A stretch of DNA of 64,000 nucleotides, from contig OX597816.1 in the NCBI GenBank assembly GCA_951406725.2, positions 65,844,001-65,908,000 of the forward strand, written 5' to 3'. A model generated the notes under the pieces. It saw nothing but the letters and a program-made list of their open reading frames with translations, ran no database searches and was not told the DNA's origin. This DNA is from Octopus vulgaris (Eukaryota). Both the position numbers and the translations under genes were made by a program. Within the stretch, counting starts at the first letter, position 1. The number at the start of each line of letters is the position of its first letter. Below, piece after piece: positions 1 to 12,370 of this stretch.

Positions 1-675
1 CAAGGTACCTATCCTAGAACATCCTCATATGAAGCAGACAATTTGGTTTCCACATGTCATTGCATGGTAGCCCTTCTTACTGCTTTTTTTCAGACATAAA
101 ATAATCACTTGGTAATTTGCCAAGTAGAATGTGTCATAGTACTAAACATCAATTAAGCTTTGGATAAAGTCTTGTACAATGCACTTTGTATTAAACTAAA
201 TTTTAAAATGCTTAGAGACACTGCTAAACTCTATGGAAAAATTGAATTTTCTTTTTCCTGTCTGCTTTGATTAGATGACCATTAATCTAATAGATCTATA
301 CTGCTTAATACTTTATTCAGCTGTTTCTAGTCTTCATAGCTGATCTTGTCAATGCCTTTGAAAAATAAGCTAAGCTATATATATACATACAACTTATAAA
401 CAAGGGCAAAAGAAAAAACTTCTAATGCCAAATATGCCAAAAATAGACAAATCGTCAATAACCATATAATTTATCACTATAAGCACACGTCTCGAAGTGA
501 GCCAACAGAAATTTCTAAAAAATTCTGTTATTATCGTATCAGTCCCAATTTCAGAGTTAATTCATAAGAATTTTCTCCTCATCACCGATAAATACGGTAA
601 GAAATAAATGAAATACTTACTTATACCCATGGAAGAATTTTTTAATATGCTGGCCATTGATAGGATTTTTTTTAG

Positions 676-713
<38 letters not shown>

Positions 714-3074
714 TGTTAGCATGACACCATTTGCAGGAGAGAGAAACTTAATGGCAGGTTGTTTGAACAGTATGAAGAAAAAGACTAGATGTCTGGAAGA
801 TAAAATGTAAGTTTTATCTAGAAGACAAAATGTGAGAATATAGAGTTATCCAGAAAAAAAGAATCTTAAAAATTTGGATGGCATTGTGCAAGTTGCTCAT
901 GAAGATCAAGCTTGAGATTTGCAAGTAAGAAAAATATTACAACAAACATTCTTGGGGTGTGTGAAAATAATATAATCCCTGATGATTGGGCAAGTATACT
1001 AGCAGGATATTGCCAATTTATCCAAGCAAAGTAAGCACACAAATGATTGAATGTGTCAAATAACTAATTTGTCACAAATACATATCAAATGATTCTTATA
1101 AATTTATTTAGGAACTAAATTCACACAGGTGTCTCTGTGCACATCCTTGATGAATAGGTGGAAGATAAATTATGAGAACTGATGCTTGTGCCAGTAGCAG
1201 CTCATATGCAATGTCTAGGGGTACCAGGCAGGACTTTAAGCATGAATTTAAAATGTCTGGCTTAATGAGTGAGGTGCATTCAAAATGTGAACACTTTTAA
1301 ACAACTTGTGTATGGCTTTGTGTTTTAAAAAATCCATAAATCTCTAAAACTTTAACAAAAAATGTTCAATAGTAAGTAAGGATTTTAATTAGACAAGCAT
1401 GTAAATGTTTATTTGTCAGCTTGTTATGTAGCACCTATTGAAAAGGAATTGTTTAATTTGTGTTTGTTTTTTCTTTCTTTCTTTTTTCTCCCTGTGTCTT
1501 TTATTTGATACACATGAAGGTGCAGTAGCGAAGCACTACTTTGTTGATTGTAATCAAATTCACATGTAGCCCTATTTCAACTAGTTTACATCTTACTGTG
1601 CTTGTAAAATGGTAGAGTACCAATCAATACTGCTATAATTGCTGCTGCTGATGTGCTATTAAAGAATTGTTTAATAATTAGATCTAGAAGCATACTTCTT
1701 AAAGCACAACTGCACTATATAAAAAAAATTAGAGTACTTTTTGTAACAATTTGTGTTCAGCTTAAATGAAATTAATTTAAGTGAAATCAAAATGTCAGAC
1801 ATGAAATTATTTCTGTCATTAATTTAGGTGTTACACACAGTTAGAGAATACTTTTTAATGTATGAATAATAAAAATCAATGTTCATTATGGTATTACATT
1901 AATGTCATGTCAATGAAACTGTTGTAAGATTCATGTTTGTGTTTTTGCTTTGAAATAGTAGTCCTTGTTAGCTCAAGCGTGAGTGGCTAGTTGATAGAAT
2001 GGCAGAAATAAGAAAACTTAACAAATCAGATTTAGTCTTATTTTGACCGTTTACTTCTCTATGTTACTGGTTACAGAACAATGAAAAACTCAGTTGGTAA
2101 GATTTGGTGTCAAAACTGTTAGCAGCTCAGCTGTTTGTTAAGCAGAACCCAACAATTGAATCATAGCCCTATTTTAAAATTTACCATGCTAAGTTTTATT
2201 TTTCAACTGGCTGCTTCCATACATTCCCTTTTTTTTATCTTGGTGTAGGGGAAATCATGTTTATTGTTACCAATTATTATCCTTTTTGCAATGGACCTAT
2301 TTTCATCAGAAGTAGGTCATACTATGGATGGTCTAAATATTTATGATTATAGGAATATTTTTTATGCTTGATGTGGTTATTAGCAGACTGTTCTTTCTAT
2401 CAGGCATTTCTGAAATCATATGATTAGATTTTCCTGACAGCATAACAAGTTATTGTGATGTCAATTGTGCTGATTTACTCTCTATAAAGATTATTCCTTA
2501 GAAAATTCTTTCTGCAATAATGGTTAACCAGTTGAATCATCAAATGTTTTCTTTTTATTAGTTTTTCTTTTATTACTTCATTAAAGCATTTACCATTTTA
2601 CTCAGAGTGCAAAAAATTACTGTGTGTGTTAATTACAATGTATAATTCTAGGAATATCATTTTCAAATATGCATTTTCAAAAATTTTTTCATTAACAAAA
2701 AGTCAGGAATAAATTAACTTTCCCGCATCATTAGAATGGAAAACATTCTTCTCAGAAGAATAATTATTGATTTCTTTGTCAAATTCAGCTTTATGTAAGG
2801 GAAAATATAGTTTCAACTCCAGTATATTATGGATATTCATTTTATTGCCCCATCTCCTTCATCTTCCACAATGATAAAAGTCAAAGCTGAACTCAGAACC
2901 TTGAGAAATAAAACTTAATATCATAATATATTTAGCACTGCTATCTTTGTTATTCAGAGTAAGAATAATTATTGATTAGAGTATGTCCCAAAATAAATTA
3001 TTTATACTAGATTTATAATTGACTATAACAGTTGGCTGAGCTTAACACAAAATTCTCTCTCTCTCTCTTTGTTA

Positions 3075-3077
<3 letters not shown>

Positions 3078-3125
<48 letters not shown>
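3078..3125. repeat. (ATT)n microsatellite
   Basis: Read directly from the sequence. Confidence 0.95.
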
Positions 3126-3126
<1 letters not shown>

Positions 3127-3572
3127 ACAACCTGCAGAAGTTAACTTGATCTGTTCTGTTTGCTAACTGTTATCCCTATCATTGTTACCATCTTCATAAT
3201 TATTCTTTTGAATTTATGTACCTGAAAATAGAGATTAGTAACATTGGCCTGTCTAGTTGAAAAGTTGTTCAGTGGTTTATAGTACTGAGTATAAATCCTA
3301 CCGAGGCGTCCTTAGTGTTACTGACTGAACTATCAAGAATATTTGACCTTTTGCCAAACATCTAAAGCTTGCACATTGTTGCTTGGTCTGCTAGAAATAT
3401 TTACTGAATTTCTTTCATCTCAAACCTTTCTGTCTTAAAAAGGAAGGACTCTTTAGATAACATATTCTTAGATATATTTTGTCTGAATAAAAGACAGAAC
3501 ATTCATGACTGGAATGCTTTTGATCATAGATCTGCTCTGCTGAGGCTAATCTGGAGATAAACAGCAAAAATA

Positions 3573-3960
3573 ACTCTCTTTACTCTTTTACTTGTTTCAG
3601 TCATTTGACTGTGGCCATGCTGGAGCACTGCCTTTAGTCAAGCAAATCGACCCCAGAACTTATTCGTTGTAAGCCTAGTACTTATTCTATCGGTCATTTT
3701 TTCTGAACTGCTAAGTTACGGGGACGTAAACACACCAGCATTGGTTGTCAAGGGGGGACAAACACAGACCCACAAACATACATACATATGTATATATACA
3801 TATATACGATGGGCTTCTTTCAGTTTCCATCTACCAAATCCACTCACAAGGCTTTGGTCGGCCTGAGGCTATAGTAGAAGACACTTGCCCAAGGTGCCAT
3901 GCAGTGGGACAACCCAATACCATGTGGTTAGGAAGCAAGCTACTTACCACAGAGCCACTT
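3573..3960 (-). mobile_element. tRNA-derived SINE family A
   Basis: Head with A box (tggctgtgtgg) and B box (ggttcagtccc in better copies), internal (TA/TG)n, (AAAAGAGT)n tail; more than 10 copies in the window. Confidence 0.85.
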
Positions 3961-4789
3961 GGTTGTCTTTTAGTGATATATAAGTGATCTTATATATTGG
4001 GATCAATAATACTCAACTGCAAATTATATAATAATTGTTGCTATTTCACACTGTTGTCTGAGAATTCAGTCAAATTTTCTATTTGAACATTGTATGTGTG
4101 AGGTACTCTGAATATTTTTGATTTATATTTCAATGAAAAATGTTTCAGAAAATGGTTATTTAGAAATGTCTGTGTTGAAGTAAAAAATTTTAAAAAACAA
4201 ACTCTGTTAGAAGCAATCTGTACAAAGAAATATTTTGGATAAATCACAGGTTAAACAAAAGGAAAAGAAGCTTTTATGAAGTTCTCAAAAAAGTATTTTC
4301 AAGATATCGAATTGTACTATCATAGTTATCAGCATCTTTTATTTTCCTTATTCTAAATCCAATTTAGTTAAAAGAAACTTTTGTTCTTTTCTCTGCTAAC
4401 TCCATGTGTTTTTTCCCTTCTATTATCGATGTTTCTGAAAGTATTTTTTTCTCAGAAGTGAATCAAAATATTTGAAATTGATACACTTTTAGCATACACT
4501 ATATGGTTTAGTAATTGACTGTTTTATATGATAATCAGCAGCAAAGTGATATGATTCAAGAATGGGAATTGATGTACTTCAAGGCTCTTTTGTTGTAAGG
4601 AACAGAGAAATTTAGGTAAAATAATAGAAAGCTACAGTAAAATAAACTACAGTTTTTAGTTGTGTCCTTGTACATTCAGAGTTCAAGTGCTTTATTAATT
4701 GACTTATATTTTTCAAGCCTAAATGCCAATAATATTCTGAAATACAAGTGAATAATTATATTGCTTAATTACTCCTATATATTAAGTAT

Positions 4790-5110
4790 TTTTTTTTTAT
4801 TTTATGCGCCCTTTTCAAGTCTACCCAGGCTCATGGGCTCGGTTTCCCGGTTTCTGTGACGTATGTGTTCCCCACTAGCTGGATGGGATGCCAGTCTATC
4901 GCAGCGTTACTCAAGAAACAGGAAGAGAGAGTGCGAGAAAGTTGGGGCAAAAGAGTACAGCAGGGATCACCTACACCCCCTGCCAGAGCCTCATGGAGCT
5001 TTAGGTGTTTTCACTCAATAAACACACACAATGCCCGGTCTGGGAATCAAAACCGTGATCCTCCGACCGCGAGTCCGCTGCCCTAACCACTGGGCCATTG
5101 CGCCTCCACA
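4790..5110 (-). mobile_element. tRNA-derived SINE family D
   Basis: Minus strand gtggaggcgcaatggcccagtggttagggcagcggactcgcgg...; A-rich tail; lies about 120 nt upstream of a RIM exon. Confidence 0.85.
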
Positions 5111-5231
5111 TTTAGTATTGTACCAGATTTGTTAAAAACAAATCAATATTACATTTGATAAATTATTAGTTTAGTTCATGTTTTTTACAGATCAATTCTC
5201 ACCTCCTTTTTTTTTTAATTATTTTTTCCAG

Positions 5232-5439
5232 ACAAATGCAAGATGAATTTGATAGCTACCAACAAGCAGTAAAAAAATTAAGTGAGGAAACCAAACAAGT
5301 AACTCCACAAGATGAAGGTGCTGTCTGTCAAATCTGCCATAAAACAAAATTTGCTGATGGTGTTGGGCATAGTTGTCACTACTGTCACCTGAAATCATGT
5401 GCCAGATGTGGTGGCAGAATTACAATGCGTGGGAATAAG
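5232..5439 (+). CDS. RIMS: RIM/RIMS (unc-10-like) internal coding exon: end of Rab-binding helix plus first part of the zinc finger
   Basis: Acceptor ttttttccAG at 5230-5231, donor AAG|GTattt at 5440. Translates QMQDEFDSYQQAVKKLSEETKQ...CQICHKTKFADGVGHSCHYCHLKSCARCGGRITMRGNK, closely matching the vertebrate RIM motif CGICHKTKFADGCGHxCSYCxTKFCARCGGRVSLRSNK. Starts in phase 2, ends in phase 0. Confidence 0.95.
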
Positions 5440-6050
5440 GTATTTGAAATATTAATGAACATTCTTCTTTATATTTACAAAACGTATTTCTCTTTTAATG
5501 AAAGTTTGAATTTACCCAATATTGTTATATGATAAAATATGCCAGGTTAAATATTTTATAGTTTTTAGTTTGAATCTTCTCAATACATTTCTTGTATGGT
5601 ATATTATTGGTATATAACTCTTTGGAGCTAACTTTGTATTTGCCTAACTTTTAATCCTGCTAATTATCATTGTACACTCTTTAACATCATTTTCTCTCAT
5701 CCAATATATCCAACTGTGACATTGTTGGTTCCACTGTTTTCATTTGCTTGAATATCAATCCCGATATCTTAGACACTAGGAAGTTCAAACTTTGTTTTAT
5801 CAATAGTTACAAAATTGAAAAACAAATTTTTGTTTTTTGAAGTGAGGTATTTGTTTAATAAACAACAATCCAACTATATTCGATGTGCCATGTGCTGAGC
5901 TAGTTATAAGTTATGTGACATATACAATAAACTGAGAAAGGTCGTGTACCTTTCTTCTTTTTATGAAATGAAAACTGAAATACAATATAGATACATAGCT
6001 ACATAACAATATAGTTCATGTCAAATTTGGTGGCTCTGATACAAAATATA

Positions 6051-6265
6051 TTCTTTTCTACTCTAGGCACAAAGCCTGAAATTTTGGGGGAGAGGACTAG
6101 TCGATTAGATCGACCCCAGTATGCAACTGGTACTTAATTAATGGACCTCGAATGGGTGAAAGGCAAAGACAACCTCAGCAAAATTTGAACTCAGAATGTA
6201 AAGACAGACGAAATACTGCTAAGCATTTCACCCGGTGTGCTAATGTTTCTGCCAGCTCGCCACCT
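6051..6265 (-). mobile_element. tRNA-derived SINE family B (alternative-tail subfamily)
   Basis: Head ggtggcgagctggcagaaac, B box gagttcaaatt; TSD tctg(a/t)tacaaaatata at 6035-6050 and 6266-6281. Confidence 0.8.
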
Positions 6266-6864
6266 TCTGTTACAAAATATACTAAAGAAAAAAACTGAAC
6301 GAATATGCAGAGAAAATGTTCTGTTTTCAGTCATTAACATTTTGGTTAATATTGGCTTAAAAAAAATTTCTGATTATGTAATCAAATACAAAGTGATGCA
6401 CATCAAACATTGAACCTGGCATTGCAATTAATTATCTGCAGACATTTGCCAATTCTTTTGAAGACATAATTAGCTCTGAGATTAGCACATCTGAAAGGTG
6501 GAATTATTTTCTACATGATAACCTTTAAGAATGGTATGAAATTAGCATAGATTTCACCTCTACCAGTTATCAGTAGTGAACTGCCTTGTCCAATGTTTGG
6601 TATAATCTTCAGAAGCTTTTAATGTCATACTCTTGTGCAACTTTTTTTTCTGAATAAAACTAATAGTATTTGGGAACTTTCAAGAGATAAATAACTACTA
6701 ACTGCACCAGATCAGGGTTTGTCTTTGGCTAAGCTCAAATTACCACATATTTTACAATTGTCTCTGCAGTTGTTGGTGATGCCACATCATTAAAGCTGAT
6801 AAAGCTGATCATAATCCAGCCCTGATTAAGGACTGAACCTACGATTGTATGTAGGACCACATTG

Positions 6865-7130
6865 TTTGGCACGTAAAATGTGCAGGTGGCACGTAAAAAA
6901 ACACCATTTGAGCATGGCTGTTGCCAGTACCGCCTGACTGGCCCTCATGCTGGTGGCACATAAAAGCACTCACTACACTCTTGGAGTGGTTGGCATTAAG
7001 AAGGGCATCCAGCTGTAGAAACTCTACCAGATCAAGACTGGAGTCTGATGCAGCCATCTGGTTCACCAGTCCTCAGTCAAATCATCCAACCCATGCTCGC
7101 ATGGAAAGCGGGTGTTAAACGATGATGATA
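6865..7130 (+). mobile_element. Family C (RTE-like 3'UTR) copy
   Basis: ggcacgtaaaa...gaagggcatccagctgtagaaactct...ttaaacgatgatga terminus. Confidence 0.8.
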
Positions 7131-8242
7131 CAGTTTGATTTGAGAGAAAATTGTTTATAAATCCCAAAGCATGCATTCATTATAAACACACTCAGTTATA
7201 TCCTAAATAATATTGTATATCTGATAGAGAAACTTTTCAAATACCAATACAATGTCCTCTGTTCCCCTAATTTACCAACTTTATGCCTTTTTATTTTATT
7301 TAACTATTGTTGGTCCATTGCTGGATGAAATCTCAGTATGCCATTGCTGATTTATCTATGCTAGTTTTATAGCTCCTTGTCTACACTGGCCTCTTGCATT
7401 TTGGACTGGGTGTTCTTGTTGTTAGGTGTTTAACCTTAATCTTCTGCACATATGTGGAACTTGAAATCAGAATGGAGAGATCTGCAAATAAACATTTCTA
7501 AGTTTCTTGTTCAACACTAATAATTCTATCAGTCCAATGTCCTGAAAAGTACTTTATTTGTCAGTTCTTAAAGGATGAGAGGCAAAATTGACCTCAATAA
7601 TATTTGAACTCAGAGTGCAGGGAGCTAAAATGAATTCTGCAAAGCATTCTATCTGATGCTGTAATGACTCTATCAACTCACCACCTAACTCGTTGCTATT
7701 GACAACAAAATTCACTTAATCAAACCAATGATGGAAACTGTTGGTGGTTACTTGACCTGCTAAAAATAGCAGTAAATCTCTTTCAAGTCATGCATAACAG
7801 TCTTGAAATAAAAAAAAATACATATTGAATAACACAGTTCTGTTGGCACCATGTCTGATAACACGTGGGTTGAGTATAGCTGCCTCTAATCATGAGTCTG
7901 CTTGGTCAAGACTAACTTGAGACTAATCAGCAACAAATCCACTCAATATGTTTTTATTTCCTATTTTTTCTATTATCACCTGCCAGACCTTGTACTGAAC
8001 AATCTTCCTAACAATTTTTGCAGAAATGAATTTGCTTTATAATTCTTTACCTGCACATATTTTCTTCAAACATTAATTTTCAACAAATCCTGTTGAACAT
8101 TAATCACATTAATCTCATTCATGTTCTTTTATTCACAAATTTAAAACTTAAATGTAAGTGAAACAAGTCCTCCTCTTCAGACAATAAAATGAGGAAATAA
8201 AATAATATTGTTCTCTAGTCTTCATTTATTAATATGCTGAGA

Positions 8243-8503
8243 TGGGTTGTGTTCTTGAACAAGACACTCTATTTCACATTGCTCTAGTTCGCTCAGCTCT
8301 AGAAATGTGTTGCAGTGTCACAGGTGCCAAGCAATATCAGCCTTTGCCCCTCCCTTGGATAACATTGGTGTCATGGAGAGGGAAAGCTGGTATTTATGAG
8401 TGACTGCTGGTCTTCCATAAACAACCTTACCCAGACTTGTGCCTCGAGGCGTAACTTTCTAGGTGCAATCCCATGGTCATTCATGATCGATGGGGGGGTC
8501 TTT
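8243..8503 (+). mobile_element. SINE family E (5'-truncated)
   Basis: Matches the 3' three quarters of 33587-33925. Confidence 0.8.
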
Positions 8504-8510
8504 TACTCGT

Positions 8511-8537
<27 letters not shown>

Positions 8538-8541
<4 letters not shown>

Positions 8542-8818
8542 GTAAATGTAATATGTGACAATTATTCAGTAGCCATGATAAAACTCGGAGTTTTGGATGC
8601 CGAGGTGGAAATCCACGCCGCCATCTCTTCAGTTATCCGGCCATCGGAAAAAATGGTATGAAAGAGATGGCAGCGTGGATTTCCACCTCGGCATCCGAAA
8701 CTCGGAGTTTTATCATGGCTACCGAATAATTGTCACATATTACCTTTACAGATAAATTCCTCTATTTACATAATATCAAGGTCGCTTTCATTCTTTTGTT
8801 GTCTTACCATTTTTATCA

Positions 8819-8820
<2 letters not shown>
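8538..8820. mobile_element. Fold-back insertion in (TA)n carrying two damaged copies of the 31.4 kb hammerhead element
   Basis: 8538-8629 is inverted relative to about 8662-8753. 8662-8820 is the reverse complement of about 31299-31446. (TA)n on both sides. Confidence 0.8.
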
Positions 8821-8859
<39 letters not shown>

Positions 8860-8987
8860 TATATATTTTCAGACTCTCTTATATGAGTGAATGATGTTAT
8901 TTTTCCCAACTGAATTTATTTTTCTCTTTTTAAGCTTATCTTCTTATTTTCATCACTCCTTTATCTTTTTCTCATTCATCCTGTCAG

Positions 8988-9041
8988 CCTGTACCTGTGA
9001 GTGGCAAGGAAGTCAAAGATCTCAGTGGTCAAAACGTCACT
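8988..9041 (+). CDS. RIMS: Candidate alternative cassette exon of RIM inside the zinc finger (54 nt, PVPVSGKEVKDLSGQNVT; 9-nt PVP form if the inner donor is used)
   Basis: About 50-nt AG-free pyrimidine tract ending ctgtcAG (8986-8987). GTAAGT donor at 9042 and a second GTGAGT donor at 8997. Both forms are phase 0-0 and stop-free, matching the phase-0 intron. Confidence 0.65.
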
Positions 9042-10810
9042 GTAAGTTTTATGGTCAAATGTAATGGATTAGATGTAGTCTTGCACTTTATTGTTGTCTG
9101 CTTTGAGCTTGTTTTATAAACTGTATTTCTCAAATTGAGCCCTAATACTTTTCTGTTATTTAAAAAATGGAATTTTTTTTATTATTATAAAATCTGTCTT
9201 GTCAGAAGCATGCAAGCATGGAAAATTAGACATTAAAACTATTCAAATAAAAAAAAAAAAAAGAATAATAACATGATCCTAAATTGTCTGAATTCTTAAT
9301 TTTCTGTCACATTGTATCAGACCTAACCATATCTTGTGACCGACCATTAAGGATTATTGAAGAACCTCCTTTGTGGCATTTTGTATTCTAATGGTTATTA
9401 GCATTGTGGCAAGTAGATTTAGGAACAGTTAATGCATGACAAGATACAAACTCACAACCCATCAGCTAAGTGACTGATTCAGTCAGCTGATGCACCTTAT
9501 TCAATGCACCTTGTTCAAACCACTTCATTTCAATCACTGGTTTGATGATAATCAAGTAAGAGATTGTATCTTTGGAGAATAAAAACCAAAAGTACTATGG
9601 TTGATATTTCTTCACTTTAAAGTGTTTTTGATTATTATGTTTGGGTTGATATTTTTTTATTTATTTTGTTATGATTAAGTTATAAGAAAATTCAATTTGG
9701 CTGTTTAAATAATGCTTTTATTGTAAATTTGCACTGCGGCTATCTTTGAAATGGTATTTCAGTTACATGCATTGACACATTTTAAAAGAGACATCAGTTG
9801 ACCAATTCTGTTTTTGGTTTCTTCATAGTCCACACTTGGGCTAAATTTTCTTTTCTTTTTGGTGCTTTAATAAACTGTTGACATTACCTTTCTAAGCAGC
9901 TTAGTAGAGACTTACTAAATAAATCTTGAGATATTTTCTAGCTTGTTGATGCCCTTTTTTTAATTACTCAATTTTTTAAAAAAATTTGTTTAATATCTAA
10001 TATTTTCATGTAGTTAACTAATCTCAGTAATAACCCAATTAGTCATGTTCAATTTCACTTGATTAAGAATTTGAAATGTCATTTCAAAGATATCTCAACA
10101 GACAAAAACAAAAAGTGACATATTAAAAACTGTTTCTTATTTTGATTTTCCAGTTTTTAAATTGAAATGGTTTTTATCATAATTATAATAAAGTCAGTGT
10201 AATTTAGTGGAAAAAAATTCTGTGAAGCACATGGCATGAATTAAATGAATAAACAGCCGACTGGGATCATGTGACTGTTTATAGATTATCAGAAACTAAC
10301 ACACTATCAATTTACATTATTATTATTTGTCATGTTTATAGAGATATTTGCAAATATATTTTATGGAATAGTTCCAAATAAAGATTGTTAAATAGCAGTA
10401 TTTTCTCATAAGGAAGAAAGGAACATATTTATAGTGAACAAGTTCAGTGTAATTACAGTTCGCTTAAATATTTTTATAGCATTATATAAAGTTTTAACTG
10501 ATTCTGGGGCAGTGGAGGATAACATTGACCAGTCATTTATCCAAGCCTATATTGGCTGGTTCTTTCATACTTTTAGACTTAATCACAATATCCTTTTAAA
10601 TTCTGAGAATAAAAAAAAAATCCAAGTTTTGCCCTCGGCAACTAAAGCCTGGAAAGAAACTTAATATCATTACCAAGAATGTGGCAAAGGTGAATGTAAA
10701 AGCTCAGTCTATGGGAGCTTGACAATGCTAATAATAAGAATAATGGTTTCTGTTATTAGCCAGTATGGTGAGAGTAATATATTAAAATGTCATCGATATG
10801 ATTTCATCTT

Positions 10811-11150
10811 ACACTTTACACTTTTACTTGTTTCAGTCATTTGACTGTGGCCATACTGGAGCACTGCCTTTAGTCGAGCAAATCAACCCCAGGACTTATT
10901 ATTTGTAAGCCTAGTACTTATTCTATCGGTCTCTTTTGCCGAACCACTAAGTTACGATGACGTTAACACGTTGGGGGGGGGGCACAAACATATACACACA
11001 CATGCATATATACATATATATACGATGGGCTTCTTTCAGTTTCCGTCGACCAAATCCACTCTCAAAGCTTTGGGTGGCCTGAGGCTATAATAGAATACAC
11101 TTGCCCAAGGTGGTTGGTAAGCAAGCTACTTACCACACAGCCACTCCTAC
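10811..11150 (-). mobile_element. SINE family A (internally deleted)
   Basis: Matches 3573-3960. Confidence 0.85.
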
Positions 11151-11349
11151 ACCTATATAAAAATATTTGGATTAAATACTCTCCTAAATACTAATCACTG
11201 TTTTTAAAATAGTAGTAGCAATTATTAAATGAAGTAAAATGAGTTAGATATTGTTTTGGTGTATTACATTCCACTAAAACATGTCTTTATACTTTTCCCA
11301 AGTTTTCTTGTCTGAAGTTCGTCACTCCAGGTGTCAGCGGTTATGTAGA

Positions 11350-12370
11350 AATCTATATCAGAATGTCTTAAAAGCAGAGCCTTTGTTGACCATATTTGTA
11401 TTTAAGGTACCTTTTGACAACTGCATAATCTATTCAGTAGCATGCCCTGCTAATGAACAGATAATGAATAAGCTGATGACTTAGTTCTTATGGCTGAATT
11501 TGTGGTACGTTTAGTGAAGGAATCTGATGTAGAATCAAAGACTAGAACTGAGAGGCTTCGAAGTAAACTTAGCAAAGACTAAAGTATTAGCAAACAGGAA
11601 AGGAAGCAAGACCTTGCTCCCATCAAGGAAATGGTTCTGCTCAATATATAGTAAAATGTTTATATAAGAATTCCTTGTAGTGTAGTGGCGGACTTTCAGA
11701 GAAAGTAAACTTCATGTGCAGTCAGTGCACAAGGGCCATTAGCACTTGAAGCTCACAGAAAGTTGATTCTCTCAAAGGTATAAAAGGGATTTTTTCAGTA
11801 GTTTATAGCTTTTGTTAACTAGGAAACCTAATTAATAGTGGGGGTTAGTGTTCAATAATACCTTGAATATGAACAGGCTGGAGAAAGTTCAAGGAGCTCT
11901 TAGTTATGTTGGTAACAAAACCATTTTGTCTTGGAACAAAGGGCAAATAAAATGAGACTTTTGATACTGCAAATCTTCAAGTGAGATGTAGGCCTTGAAT
12001 GCAAAGGATTTGTGAAAACTAGAAATAAATGAACTGACCATGCTCTTTTGGATGTGTAATGTTTGTGTGTGGGAATAATGAATTACAAAAACTGAATGTT
12101 TGATAAATCAGATTTTGTGTGTCAGAGAGAAGACTGTTGTCATCAGTATGTGGTGTGTTATGGAGAAGGATAGCTGATCAAGAAGTATTGTATGTTCAAA
12201 GTGAATGAGATTTGTGGAAAAGAAAGACCAGGGAAGACTTGGGACAAACTGAAGAAGACTGATCTAAAGATGCTGCATCTCAGATGAAGATAATGAAAGA
12301 CTATGTCAATTGACAGCAGAGTGCATGAGAAGATCTGTCCATGCATGCAAGCTAAGTGAAATGAGCGTTA
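11350..12370 (+). mobile_element. Old degenerate RTE-like LINE fragment
   Basis: ADDLVLMAE (RT YADD region), VNLAKTKVL and RPGKTWDK remnants with many stops and frameshifts. Confidence 0.6.

Noticed and set aside
5440-5532. C-terminal 30 aa of ORF 5236-5532
   Set aside because: Intron read-through past the donor at 5440; RIM homology resumes at 19803.
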